DNA of 64,000 nucleotides, taken from an uncultured Acidimicrobiia bacterium (lineage in GTDB: Bacteria; Acidobacteriota; Terriglobia; Versatilivoradales; Versatilivoraceae). Each line of letters starts with the position of its first letter. Position 1 is the stretch's first letter. The position numbers and the translations under genes were made by a program. A model generated the notes under the pieces. That model saw nothing but the letters and a program-made list of their open reading frames with translations. It did not search any database and was not told the origin of the DNA. The stretch is from assembly GCA_963786955.1 (NCBI GenBank), contig CAWBAT010000005.1, positions 896,001-960,000 on the forward strand, written 5' to 3'. Shown here one piece after another: positions 42,339 through 53,549 of this stretch.

Positions 42339-42774
42339 TTACTGTCCAGACTGAATCTTCTCCGTGATCAGCCCGATTTTATCGACTCCGGACCCTTTTG
42401 CGATATCAATCACATCCACAACGCTATTAAAAAAAAGCTTGGGATCAGCCTGAACGAACATCGTCCTTTCATTCCGAGCCTTAAAAATATCGGTCAGACG
42501 GTCACCGAGTTTATCCTTGGTAACGTCTTCCTGATTGATCTTAAGGTTTTCCGAGCCATCGATGGAAACGACGATCGTGCGGCTTGGATCTTCCTGCTAC
42601 CGGTGGTTTACCGGGAGGTGGCGGCTGTGGAATGTTGGCATCCAACCCTCGAGGAATCAGCGGAGTGATCACCATAAAGATAATCAGGAGCACCAGCAGA
42701 ACGTCGATGAGCGGAGTAACATTAATATCCGCTCTCGCCCCCGAAGCTCCGCTTGATCCTGCACTCATTGCCAT
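42339..42774 (-). CDS. exbD: ExbD/TolR family protein (second copy), frameshifted near 42595
   Basis: DINVTPLIDVLLVLLIIFMV. After a 1-nt shift it continues EDPSRTIVVSID...MFVQADPK...VVDVIDIAKGSGVDKIGL to TAA at 42339. Confidence 0.88.
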
Positions 42775-42802
42775 AACAAAAATCCTCCGTAAACCAAATT
42801 GC

Positions 42803-43245
<443 letters not shown>

Positions 43246-43246
<1 letters not shown>

Positions 43247-43971
43247 TAGCGCTTACCTCCTCTCCGTTTGAGGAAATAGTCAATCAACTCTGAAGACGAG
43301 TTATTCATTTCAACGCCAAAAGACTCAATCTTGCTGTTGAAGTAGTTGAACATCCAAACGGCAGGCACGGCCACGAAGAGTCCGAAGGCGGTGGTAATAA
43401 GGGCTTCCGAGATCCCCCCCGCCACGGCTGACAAACCGGTCGATTTTTCACTGGACATACCTTGGAAGGCATTGATGATGCCGAACACGGTTCCGAACAA
43501 ACCAACGAAGGGAGCCGTACTTCCGATCGTCGCCAAGCCGCTGATGCCGCGTTTCAACTCTGCGTTGGTAATCGCCGTTGCCCGTTCGAGGGCTCTTTTT
43601 GAAGCTTCCACAACTTCACCCGGAATCTCAGCGCTGATCTGATGTGCCTGAAATTCCTGCAGACCGGCAACCACGACTTTCGCGAGGTGGCTTTTTTTGT
43701 TCTGTTCGGAAACGCTGATCGCTTCGTCAATCTTACCTTCCTTAAGGCAACCGGCAACAAGAGGAGCAAACTCCCGGGACTGCTTGCGAGCTGCAGAATA
43801 GGCCAGCAAACGATCAATCATGACCCCGATAGACCATGCCGACATAATGGCCAACACGATGATCACCGACCTGGCAACGGTCCCAGACTGACGCCACATG
43901 GCCGTCAGATCGAAACCAATCTCGCCATCCAGTAAGGTAATCGCCAGAAAATTTAACTTATAAAAAAGCAT
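43246..43971 (-). CDS. exbB: MotA/TolQ/ExbB proton channel protein
   Basis: LATIGSTAPFVGLFGTVFGI, GISEALITTAFGLFVAVPA. Confidence 0.92.
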
Positions 43972-44092
43972 TTCGAAAGTACCTCCTATTTGTTAACTTT
44001 GATTTTTTAATTCGATATTTTGGGGAACCATCTTTCATTTGAACTCGACGTTTTCCGTCTCCAAATATTCAGGGCAGAGTAGCAGACCCCCA

Positions 44093-44858
44093 TCAGCCAC
44101 TCAAATTGAAATTAACCGTTACCTGAGTGACCACTTCGACAGGCTCACCATTCAAGAGTGTTGGCTTGTATTTCCATTGCCTTACTGCATCCATGGCCGC
44201 CTGTACGAGCAATGGGTGGCCGCTCACCACTTTTAACTGCTCCACGCTTCCTTGCTTGTTAATAATTGCTTCCAGTATAACAGCTCCTTGAATTCTTGCC
44301 TGTTTAGCGAGCGGAGGATACGGCGGCTTCACCTGACGGATCAAGTTGGCCTGCTGAACGTTTCCTCCAACCTTGACGCGCTGGGGCGGTTTCGGCGCAG
44401 CGGGCGGAGGCGGGGGCGGGGGGGGGGCTACCGCAGAAGGCGCTCCTCCAATGACTCCCCCGAGGACACCACCCATTTGACCACCAGGGACACCGCCGGG
44501 GACACCACCGACCACGCCGCCAACAGCCGTCTCGGGAGGGGGACCTTCATCAACCACCATTTTGATGTCTTTCGGAATTTCGACAGGGGCTCGGAAGGTA
44601 CCATCGTCAACCACTTTTTTTACAACTTTAACTGCAACCGTAGGAGCTGGTGGCGGTGGGGGTGGGGGTGGCGGTGGCGGTGGCGCAACCAACGCTGTCA
44701 ATTGCTGCATGGACCCTGAGAGAGTTTCAGGGAATAACAGGGGAATAAGCACCAAGACAACGACCAATATCACATGAATAATGATCGAGAGGGTCATTGT
44801 CAATGGAGTCCTGGTTTTTGGACTTCTCACCTGTTGACTCGATCAGCTGATCAAACAT
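44093..44858 (-). CDS. tonB: Energy transducer TonB (frameshift in an A run near 44817)
   Basis: SD AAGGAGG + MFDQLIES start at 44858, TM with SxxxH (SIIIH), poly-Pro linker, GGVxGG repeats, C-domain PYPPLAKQARIQGAV...WKYKP. Confidence 0.9.
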
Positions 44859-44946
44859 ACTGACTACCTCCTTCCGGTTGATATCATCCAGAGGATCAAT
44901 TGCTCCTGAAATCACTTCATTCGAAGAATGTTTTTCGGGTACTGCA

Positions 44947-46157
44947 TCAGACTTTCGCAGCCTTTGCTACTGCCTTCTTGCTGTTCTGATAGTCATACCA
45001 AATAACCAAGAGAGGACTGGCAATAGCAATCGAGGAATAGGTTCCAATTATAATCCCAATTACCATAGCAAATGCAAATCCGTTTATGACTTCTCCTCCA
45101 AAAATATAAAGGGACAAGACGGTGATAAAAGTCAAGCCGGAGGTCAGTATCGTTCGACTGAGGGTCTGGTTGATACTTCTGTTGATAATCGCGGACAAAG
45201 ATTCCTTTCGGAGGAATTTCAGATTCTCGCGAATTCGGTCAAAGACCACAATCGTGTCATTCATCGAATACCCGACGAGCGTGAGTAGCGCGGCAATAAC
45301 CGTCAGTGAAATTTCCTTGTTGAAGATAGGAGAAAAACCCCAGTGTAATGATCACATCATGAAAGACCGCCAGAACCGCGGCCGTCCCATACACCGCCCC
45401 TTTGAATCGCCAGGCAATATAAACGAGCATGCCCGCCGAGAGCGTACAGGGTTGCCGAGATGGCCTGCTGCTGCAACGCCTTGCCGACTTTCGGTCCGAC
45501 AATTTCGGTCTTGATAATGGAGAAATCGCCTAGGTAGAAGTGCCCGCGCAATAGCTTCAGCACCTCATCAGGGAGCCCAGCGCCTGTTTTCAAGTCTTCA
45601 AAATTCTTTACAATCCCCCCATGAGAATCGCGGTATCCGAGGACGGCCTTAGAAAGGGCCGGTGCCGAATTAATGGCTCCGTTTCCTGGTTTCTGCAAAA
45701 CAGCAGCCAATTCCGGGATGCTGTTTAAGGCCAATTCCATTCGGGCAGACCCGATGTTATTCAGGTCGGCCATCACCCCGGGTTGAGCATCTACCGGACG
45801 AAAACTCAAATTGAGTGTTTCGGCGATCTTTGACTGTCCCTGGTCTAGATCGGAACCACTGGCCGTCGCCTTTTGATCCAGACTGATGATCACCTCATGA
45901 TCGCTATCAATCCCATAGCTTTGTATTGTGCTCTCTCCTAGGCCTCGCTGCTTGAGCGCCGTCCGAATGGTGTCTAAATGAGGTTTTTCTTTGAACTTCA
46001 CATAAACCAAAGTTCCGCCACTAAAATCAATCCCGTAACGAGGTCCTCCTTTAACAGCTAATGAAATGATGCTGGCAACAAACAGAGCAAATGAAGCACC
46101 AATGAGGATGGTCTTTTTGCCTATCCAGTCGATATTTGCATTTCTAAAAAAATACAT
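44947..46157 (-). CDS. secF: Protein translocase subunit SecF with an inserted periplasmic domain; two 1-nt frameshifts (~45433, ~45329)
   Basis: GIDFSGGT, VGPKVG, LVYIAWRF, HDVIIT, GYSMNDTIVVFDRIREN, QTLSRTILTS and GTYSSIAIA spread over three frames. Confidence 0.93.
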
Positions 46158-46279
46158 TATGACTCCGTCTCCTCCTAGACCGATGATTCCTGGCGCTAGC
46201 TCTCCCTAGCCAATAGACAACCCATCCATCCAAAAAGTTCCAGGCAGACTCTGGAAGAAGCTGATTTCCCTCAAAATTC

Positions 46280-47872
46280 CTAAATACTTAGGGTTTCCCT
46301 TCGGGTCGGTCCGCTCAAAATCCAATCAAAGAGGAATTTGGAAACAAACACCGCCGTGAACAAATTGGCCATGAGCCCCCAAAACAGGACGACCGCAAAT
46401 CCTTTAACCGGTCCAGTCCCGAAAATAAATAGGAAACAGACCGAAACAATAGTGGTAACGTGTGTATCAATAATGGTGACAAATGCCTTCGAAAATCCGA
46501 CATTGACGGAAGAGACGACATTCTTTCCGCTCCACAGTTCCTCGCGAATCCTTTCGAAAATTAAGACGTTCGAATCCACAGCCATACCAATCAAGAGAAC
46601 CACTCCAGCGATGCCGGGAAGCGTTAAGGTAGCCCGGATGTAAGCCAGCGCTGCCACCAAGATGATTAAATTCAAGATAAGAGCAACCACGGCATTGAGA
46701 CCCGACAGACGATAATAAAAGAGCATGAACAGCACGACAGCAACCATGCCAACAATGGAAGCCACGATGCCCTGGAAGATGGAATCATTGCCTAGTGAAG
46801 CGCCCACGGTTCTTTCTTCCAGATAAGTAATCGAAGCCGGGAGCGCTCCCGATCTCAAGGTGAGAGCCAGATCGGTTGCCCGCTCCAAAGTAAAATTGCC
46901 GGTAATCTGGCCGGAATCCCGGATTGTACTACGAATGGCTGGAGCAGACTGGATCTTGCCATCCAGCACAATGGCGAGCTGCTTTCCAATATTTTCCCCG
47001 GTGATTTTTTCAAAGCGCGCGGCCCCATCCGAAGTTAAGTTAAAACTGACGGCGGCTTTCCCGAATTCGTCAGTACTGGGCTGGGCTGTTCTTAAGTCTC
47101 TACCCGTAATGGAAGCTACTTTGTTCACAAAATACCACTCTTCGCTGGATTGTCCGGTTTCTCGTACGTGGGGGAGCAATTCCTTTCCTTCTGGGGCGAC
47201 TCCATTATATTGGCTAAGGGCGGCCTGCCTGGATGGAAATGGTCCAAAGCCCGGTTCAACGAGCTTCAACTCCAGCAAGGCCGTGGATTTAATGATATCT
47301 TTTACGCGACTGGGATCGTCAACCCCTGGCAGTTGCACCAAAATTTGGTATTCGTCGGCCGGCCCATGTTCTTGAATGACCGGCTCAGTCACGCCCAGCT
47401 GATCGACGCGGTTCCGAATGGTCTGGATGGCTTGCTGGACCGACCCGCTTCTAATCTGTTTTTCTACACTCGGTTTTAAGCCGAGAAGATATGAATTCGG
47501 GACGCCCGGCAAATCTCCTCGGTCCCAGGATTGAAATGATTCATCAATTGCGGCACGCACATCGGAGGTATTTTTGGGATCCACCTCGCGGATCTCAATA
47601 TGGTCCAGATCATGCTTGCGCACATCGGAAAAGGAAATCTGTCGCGATCGCAATTCTTCCTTAATTCTCTCGACAGTGAGATCCGTTTCAATATTGACGG
47701 CATCATCGGTCACGACCAGGAGAATCAAATGCATCCCCCCTCTGAGATCTAGCCCGAGATGGATCCTTTCCTTAATTTTACCCAGGCTGGGAGGAAGACC
47801 TGTAATCCCCAAAATACAAAAAACGGTCACAGCAACGATTGCTGCTAGCTTCCAACGTAATTTCTTACGCAT
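46280..47872 (-). CDS. secD: Protein translocase subunit SecD
   Basis: LGLDLRGG, RVDQLGVTEP, LRSGALPA, TLTLPGIAG, GMAVDSNVLIFERIREE. Confidence 0.97.
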   Translation of the reverse strand: MRKKLRWKLAAIVAVTVFCILGITGLPPSLGKIKERIHLGLDLRGGMHLILLVVTDDAVNIETDLTVERIKEELRSRQISFSDVRKHDLDHIEIREVDPKNTSDVRAAIDESFQSWDRGDLPGVPNSYLLGLKPSVEKQIRSGSVQQAIQTIRNRVDQLGVTEPVIQEHGPADEYQILVQLPGVDDPSRVKDIIKSTALLELKLVEPGFGPFPSRQAALSQYNGVAPEGKELLPHVRETGQSSEEWYFVNKVASITGRDLRTAQPSTDEFGKAAVSFNLTSDGAARFEKITGENIGKQLAIVLDGKIQSAPAIRSTIRDSGQITGNFTLERATDLALTLRSGALPASITYLEERTVGASLGNDSIFQGIVASIVGMVAVVLFMLFYYRLSGLNAVVALILNLIILVAALAYIRATLTLPGIAGVVLLIGMAVDSNVLIFERIREELWSGKNVVSSVNVGFSKAFVTIIDTHVTTIVSVCFLFIFGTGPVKGFAVVLFWGLMANLFTAVFVSKFLFDWILSGPTRRETLSI

Positions 47873-47928
47873 TCAAGAGGAACCTCAGACTCTGAATTCA
47901 ATAGCAACCTAAAACTGGAGGGACGCTA

Positions 47929-48231
47929 TCACTCCTCGGTCAGCTTTTCAACTATGGCGTTTTTCGAAATCTCGATTTTCACTTGATCCGCAACTTTAAG
48001 GAGGAGGCGGTCTTCTTTTATCCCTGCCACCACACCGTAAATCCCGCCAGAGGTCTTAACTTTGTCACCATTTTTCAGACTATCCAGTGTCTCCTGGAGC
48101 GCCCGTTGTCGCTTTTTATTAGGAAGGAAAACGATGAAATAAAAGATAAGGCCAATAGCAAGGAAGATCAGAGGTTGCACAAAAACTGGACTCGGCTGTC
48201 CATTGGCTGCCAAAAGCGCCAAAAAAGACAT
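47929..48231 (-). CDS. yajC: Preprotein translocase subunit YajC
   Basis: Single TM, IFYFIVFLP-KKRQ, LKNGDKVKTSGGIYG. Lies between tgt and secD. Confidence 0.95.
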   Translation of the reverse strand: MSFLALLAANGQPSPVFVQPLIFLAIGLIFYFIVFLPNKKRQRALQETLDSLKNGDKVKTSGGIYGVVAGIKEDRLLLKVADQVKIEISKNAIVEKLTEE

Positions 48232-48437
48232 GAAACCTGCCTCCAGACAAAGATTCTCTATCCCTCAGAAGTTGACTTGTTTAATCTTGCGTGTGAACTA
48301 GGAAGATCAGGGCAATCTAGGATCGGCCTTCAACCAGATCGGCTGAAGTTAAAACCTTGCAGTTTTTCCGAATTGTACTCTTAAGAAAATAGAGCAGCGG
48401 AGAACAAGGCTGCTTGACTCTATTCCATAAAATTCAT

Positions 48438-49565
48438 TTACCCGACTTCTTGCTTCCTTTTGAACTCCGTTAAGAAATCCAGATACCTGTGGGACGTGAT
48501 AGCATCCCTAATTTGCTGTAGGGTGTCAAGATAAAAGTAGAGGTTATGTTGGGTGTTGAGCATTGATGAAAGGATCTCGTTAGACTGGAAAAGGTGCCTC
48601 AAATAAGCACGACTATATCGGCGGCAAACCGGGCACTGACAAGACTCATCGATGGGACGCTCGTCCCGTGCATAGCACGCATGTTTGATCGCCAGATGAC
48701 CCGAATGCGTGAATAACCAGCCGTTGCGCGCATTCCGGGTCGGCATCACGCAATCGAACATATCGACTCCCAGCGCCACACACTCCACAATATCCAGGGG
48801 CGTTCCCACGCCCATCAAGTATCTGGGATGGGTGGGGGGCATCCATTGTGTGCTCTCTCCAGCCAGTTCGTAAAGCAGTGGTTTGGGCTCCCCGACAGAG
48901 AGTCCCCCGATGGCGTAGCCCGGAAAATCCAAATCGATCAAGCGAAGCAGACATTCCTTTCTGAGTTCAGGGTATATTCCCCCTTGGCCGATCCCAAAAA
49001 GCCCTTGCGTGTGTGGGTACCACTGCCCTACACCCTTTTCGAAGGTATCTTTGCATCGGGCAGCCCAACGTAGTGTTCGTTCCATTGAATTGCGGGCGAT
49101 CAGAAAATCGGAGGGGTAGGGCAGACACTCATCGAGAGCCATGATGATGTCTGCTCCAAGCGCCATTTGAATCTCCACCGCTTTTTCGGGCGTCAGCAAA
49201 TGCGGGGAGCCGTCCAAATGCGACCGGAAAGCGACTCCTTCCTCCGAAATGTTTCGTAAGTCGCTATGACTGAAGACCTGGAAACCCCCGCTGTCAGTCA
49301 AGATGAGGTGTGGCCAGGAAATGAAGCGGTGCAACCCGCCTAGTTCGTGAATCAATTGATGTCCTGGCCTTAAATAAAGATGATAGGTATTTCCAAGAAT
49401 AAGCTTCGCCCCAAGCTCCTCGAGTTGAGACTGTGCTATTGCTTTTACCGTTCCAGATGTCCCTACGGGCATGAAGACTGGAGTGTCAACCTCACCGTGA
49501 TCGGTGATGAGCTTTCCCAAGCGTGCTTTTGTCTTAGGGTCTTCAGAGAGGACTTTAAATTGCAA
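48438..49565 (-). CDS. tgt: tRNA-guanine transglycosylase
   Basis: TPVFMPVGT, NTYHL, TDSGGFQVFS, GGLSVGE, DMFDCVMPTRNARNG, CQCPVC. Confidence 0.97.
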   Translation of the reverse strand: MQFKVLSEDPKTKARLGKLITDHGEVDTPVFMPVGTSGTVKAIAQSQLEELGAKLILGNTYHLYLRPGHQLIHELGGLHRFISWPHLILTDSGGFQVFSHSDLRNISEEGVAFRSHLDGSPHLLTPEKAVEIQMALGADIIMALDECLPYPSDFLIARNSMERTLRWAARCKDTFEKGVGQWYPHTQGLFGIGQGGIYPELRKECLLRLIDLDFPGYAIGGLSVGEPKPLLYELAGESTQWMPPTHPRYLMGVGTPLDIVECVALGVDMFDCVMPTRNARNGWLFTHSGHLAIKHACYARDERPIDESCQCPVCRRYSRAYLRHLFQSNEILSSMLNTQHNLYFYLDTLQQIRDAITSHRYLDFLTEFKRKQEVG

Positions 49566-49605
49566 ATCTGTTCCCTTTCCTACAGGTATGTAGAATTCAT
49601 CCTTC

Positions 49606-50586
49606 TCACGGGCGATCGTTCGGAGGCGACTCTTCGGCGAGATGACACCACACCCGGTGTGATTCTGAAAGACTCAGTTCCCGGGGTTCTTCCAAACCAC
49701 AGCGTTCATATGCCATGGGGCAACGGGTATGAAATCGGCACCCTTTCGGAGGATGGGCTGGGCTTGGAATGTCCCCTTGCAGAGGGGCTTTCCGCTGAGA
49801 ACCCTCAAGGTTGGGGACCGAAGCCAGAAGAACTTGGGTGTAAGGATGCTTTGGATTATGAAAAATTTCGTCAGGTCGACCCACTTCCGCCAGTCTGCCA
49901 AGGTACATGACGCCAATCCGTGAGCTAATATGTTCCACAATAGGAAGGGAGTGGGAGATAAAGAGGTACGTCAGGTGAAACTGCTCCTGCAAATCCTGAA
50001 AAAGGTTAACAATTTGCGCCTGAATGGACACGTCGAGCGCAGAAACCGGTTCGTCGGCGACAATCAACTTCGGTTTTAAGGCTAAGGCACGTGCAATGCT
50101 GATTCGTTGACGTTGTCCACCGCTGAATTCATGGGGATATTTGGGCAATGATTTCTGTTCCATTCCTACTGCATCCAGCAGTTCTTTGACCTTCGACCGG
50201 TGCTCCCCCTTTGGGTAGAGTCTGTGGATGAGAAAGGGTTCTTCAAGAATCTGCAGCACCGTCATCCGTGGATTAAGAGAGGAGGCGGGATCTTGAAACA
50301 CGATTTGAAGGTGCCGGCGCATTTGCCGGAGGTCTGCTCCTTTGAGAGCCAGGAGGTCCTGGCCTGCAAGACGGATTTCTCCTGAGGTCGGCTCAAGGAG
50401 TCGAAGCACACAGTGCCCCAGTGTAGTCTTGCCACAGCCTGATTCCCCCACCAAACCAAACGTTTCCCCCGCTTGAATTTCCAGGGAAACCCCGTCGAGA
50501 GCCTTTACGACAGGCTTTCTCGCGCGTGAAAGTCCCGATTGAGGGAGAAAATATTTCTTGAGATCACGGATTTCGAGTAGATTCAT
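49606..50586 (-). CDS. Oligopeptide/dipeptide ABC transporter ATP-binding protein (OppF/DppF-like)
   Basis: [47 protein letters not shown]. Confidence 0.92.
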   Translation of the reverse strand: MNLLEIRDLKKYFLPQSGLSRARKPVVKALDGVSLEIQAGETFGLVGESGCGKTTLGHCVLRLLEPTSGEIRLAGQDLLALKGADLRQMRRHLQIVFQDPASSLNPRMTVLQILEEPFLIHRLYPKGEHRSKVKELLDAVGMEQKSLPKYPHEFSGGQRQRISIARALALKPKLIVADEPVSALDVSIQAQIVNLFQDLQEQFHLTYLFISHSLPIVEHISSRIGVMYLGRLAEVGRPDEIFHNPKHPYTQVLLASVPNLEGSQRKAPLQGDIPSPAHPPKGCRFHTRCPMAYERCGLEEPRELSLSESHRVWCHLAEESPPNDRP

Positions 50587-51586
50587 ACTTGACACATCGT
50601 ACCTGGCGCCCGGAGACAGGGCGTGATATCGGGATGGGAATTGTCCCACAGCGGTCGCCCATCTGGTCTAGGCATCTCGGTTGAAAGGCACAGCCAACCG
50701 GAGTGTTTTGAAGGTCAGGGACAGACCCCGGAATGGATTTTAGCCGGTATTTTTCTTTGCTCGCTTGTCCCGTTCGAGGAAGAGACCGCAACAACCCTGC
50801 GGTATAAGGGTGTAACGGATTTGAGAGAACCTCAGACGTGAGACCGTACTCGATGATCTTTCCCGCATACATGACTGCTGTGAGATCTGCGATCCTTGCG
50901 ATCACTCCCAGATCATGGGAAATGAAAATCAAAGACAAATGAAAACGCTCTTTCAGGTCCAGCAATAGTTCCAGAACCTGTGCTTGAATCGTAACATCCA
51001 GCGCGGTCGTTGGCTCATCGGCAATCAATAACTTCGGCTTCGTGACCAGGGCCATGGCAATCATGGCTCGTTGCCGGAGCCCTCCAGAAAGCTGGTGGGG
51101 ATAATCATCAAATCGTTGCTCCGGCGAGGGGATCGTCACTGAGCGCAGGATCTCTAGGGTTCGGTCCTTCGCTTCACGATGGGAGACCCTTTCATGTGCG
51201 TGGATCGCTTCGCTAATCTGGTTACCGATGGTGAAGACCGGATTAAGCGCCGTCATCGGCTCCTGAAAGATCATGGAGATTTCTCGGCCTCTAATCTTGC
51301 GCATTTCTTTCGGAGGGAGCCGCATCAAATCATCCGGTTCACTCTCAACATTGTCCGGCGAGTAAAGGACCTGCCCTTCAACAACCTTCCCGGGAGGAGG
51401 AACCAGTTTAAGAATGGAAAGGGCCGTCAGGCTCTTGCCACTCCCGGATTCTCCCACAATCCCAAGGGTCTTTCCCCGTTCCAGCGAAAATGAGACATCA
51501 TCAACAGCTCTTACTAACCCTGAAGGGGTGAAGAATTGGGTCTTGAGATGACTAACCGTCAGAATTGAGTTCACAGCTAAGTTCAT
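50564..51586 (-). CDS. Oligopeptide/dipeptide ABC transporter ATP-binding protein (OppD/DppD-like)
   Basis: [53 protein letters not shown]. Confidence 0.92.
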   Translation of the reverse strand: MNLAVNSILTVSHLKTQFFTPSGLVRAVDDVSFSLERGKTLGIVGESGSGKSLTALSILKLVPPPGKVVEGQVLYSPDNVESEPDDLMRLPPKEMRKIRGREISMIFQEPMTALNPVFTIGNQISEAIHAHERVSHREAKDRTLEILRSVTIPSPEQRFDDYPHQLSGGLRQRAMIAMALVTKPKLLIADEPTTALDVTIQAQVLELLLDLKERFHLSLIFISHDLGVIARIADLTAVMYAGKIIEYGLTSEVLSNPLHPYTAGLLRSLPRTGQASKEKYRLKSIPGSVPDLQNTPVGCAFQPRCLDQMGDRCGTIPIPISRPVSGRQVRCVKYESTRNP

Positions 51587-52058
51587 TTGCCCCCAATGAA
51601 CGCCCACTTAAAACTGCCAATGTACTCATTCGTAAAGGGTTCTCTGTCAACCGACGGACGTCCTACTCTTACTCGATCCCGTTTGAGCCGATTGGAATCA
51701 ATGTCCCATAACTGCTCAGTTCAGAGCTTTGTCAAGTGCCTGCCTCCTGAAAACCGAAACGCCAAGAGCGCCAAGAAAGGAGGAAGAAACTCTGCAAATC
51801 GGGTGCTTTATAAATGCTCCACCGCTGACTCTTCCGAAGGGTTTGGGATTACACGGTGACGGAGTATGCGAAATTCATGAGCCTTGTAAGCAATACAGGC
51901 GGACCGACCCAACGCTCGATGCACTTTTGGGGCATCGTCAACAATGTCCTTGGGCACTTCGTCGGCCGTCCCGGAAGCCTCTATCCATTGCGATCTTGGC
52001 GTTTACATCTTCTCCATGTACCAGGAAGGCACGAAGACGGTCATGATCGGCAGAGTGA

Positions 52059-53474
52059 TTAATTGCTGTTCTCGACCTGAGCCAGGTTTCTCCCTTCCGC
52101 CATCATGCGCTCGACTTGGTCTTCTGTGTGCGCTTCACAGTATATTCTGAGCAACGGCTCTGTCCCGGATTGGCGGAACAAGATCCAACTCTCATCCTTG
52201 AAAATCAGTTTCGTTCCATCCAGGGTCTCCACACGTTCGAGGAACAATCCAGTGTATCGTTTTGGTGGAGAATCCCTCAGCTGTTTCACCAGGCCCTGCC
52301 CGAAAATGAGGGGGACATGCAGGTCATTGCGTTGAAAGTGAAATTCTCCATATTCCTTCCACAAGTCCAAAACCATGTCGTGAAGACTCTTGCCGCTTTC
52401 GGCCACAGCTTCCAGCATCAATAAATTGAGCAGAATTCCGTCACGTTCCGGTAGATGATTCTTGACCCCGACTCCTCCGCTCTCCTCACCCCCGATCAGG
52501 ACGTCTTCTTGCAGCATAACCTCGGCAATATTCTTGAACCCGATGGGAACGATTTCAAAGGGCAGCCCAAGCTTTCGGCAGATCTTTTCAACCAGGACGC
52601 TTTGGGAAAATGTTTTTACAACCTTGCCGGTCCAATTCCTTTTCTGGACCAAATGGAGAATTAGCAAACAAAGAATCTGGTGGGTATTTACGTAACGTCC
52701 CTGCTGGTCCATGACACCCAAGCGGTCCGCGTCACCGTCCGTGGCAAGACCAATGTCCGCCTGATCTTCCAGAATAGCGATCTTCAATGCTCCTAAATTC
52801 TCCGGCATCGGCTCAGGGGAGACTCCTCCGAAGAGCGGATCCGGATTGTAGCGGATGGTTCGACAAGCCACACCCTGTTCCTGGAGGATCTCTTCCAAAA
52901 GGCGTAGACCCGTACCATGCATGGAATCGATAACGGCCTTAATTTTCGATTTTCGGATGGCGTCGAAACCGACGAGAGACTTCACATGGTCTAAGTACTC
53001 AGGGTTCGGTGAAATGACATGGATTCTGTCTGCTGCTTCACCACGGTTCAGCCTCCGAGGAGTGTTTTTAAAAAGATACGACTCAATTTGCTGAACGATA
53101 GCAGGCGTTGCCGAACCCCCAAACGGGGCCTTGAATTTGATCCCTAGGAATTCAGGGGGATTGTGACTCGCCGTGACCATGACGCCCCCCGCTAGTTGGC
53201 GGCGTCGGGCCTCAAATGAGACATAGGGTGTCGGGAATGGACGGTCTAAAAGCTCGATGTGGAAACGATTGGCCGCCAGGACTTCTGCGACGCATCGGGC
53301 AAAACGCCCCGCCATGAAGCGCGCATCATAGCCGATGAGCACTTCTCGGCGAGAAGGGGGTTGGGATTCGAGGTAATCGGCGATGGCCTGGGTAACAATC
53401 TCGACATTATCAAAGGTAAAATCTCTGGCAATAACACCTCTCCAACCATCCGTTCCAAATTTAATGGAGGTCAA
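52059..53474 (-). CDS. Phosphoglucomutase/phosphomannomutase family protein
   Basis: FGTDGWRG, TASHNP, DGDADR, GEESGG, RQSGTEP. Confidence 0.93.
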   Translation of the reverse strand: MTSIKFGTDGWRGVIARDFTFDNVEIVTQAIADYLESQPPSRREVLIGYDARFMAGRFARCVAEVLAANRFHIELLDRPFPTPYVSFEARRRQLAGGVMVTASHNPPEFLGIKFKAPFGGSATPAIVQQIESYLFKNTPRRLNRGEAADRIHVISPNPEYLDHVKSLVGFDAIRKSKIKAVIDSMHGTGLRLLEEILQEQGVACRTIRYNPDPLFGGVSPEPMPENLGALKIAILEDQADIGLATDGDADRLGVMDQQGRYVNTHQILCLLILHLVQKRNWTGKVVKTFSQSVLVEKICRKLGLPFEIVPIGFKNIAEVMLQEDVLIGGEESGGVGVKNHLPERDGILLNLLMLEAVAESGKSLHDMVLDLWKEYGEFHFQRNDLHVPLIFGQGLVKQLRDSPPKRYTGLFLERVETLDGTKLIFKDESWILFRQSGTEPLLRIYCEAHTEDQVERMMAEGRNLAQVENSN

Positions 53475-53549
53475 AGGAATTTTCTCCTCGATGATCTTTC
53501 TACTGAATCGGGGGGCGTAAGGCCAGAGATCCCTTCGATCCAGAAAGAT

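Noticed and set aside
44400-44690. Low-complexity G/C-rich repeats
   Set aside because: They encode the poly-Pro and GGVxGG linker of TonB and are not a DNA repeat element.
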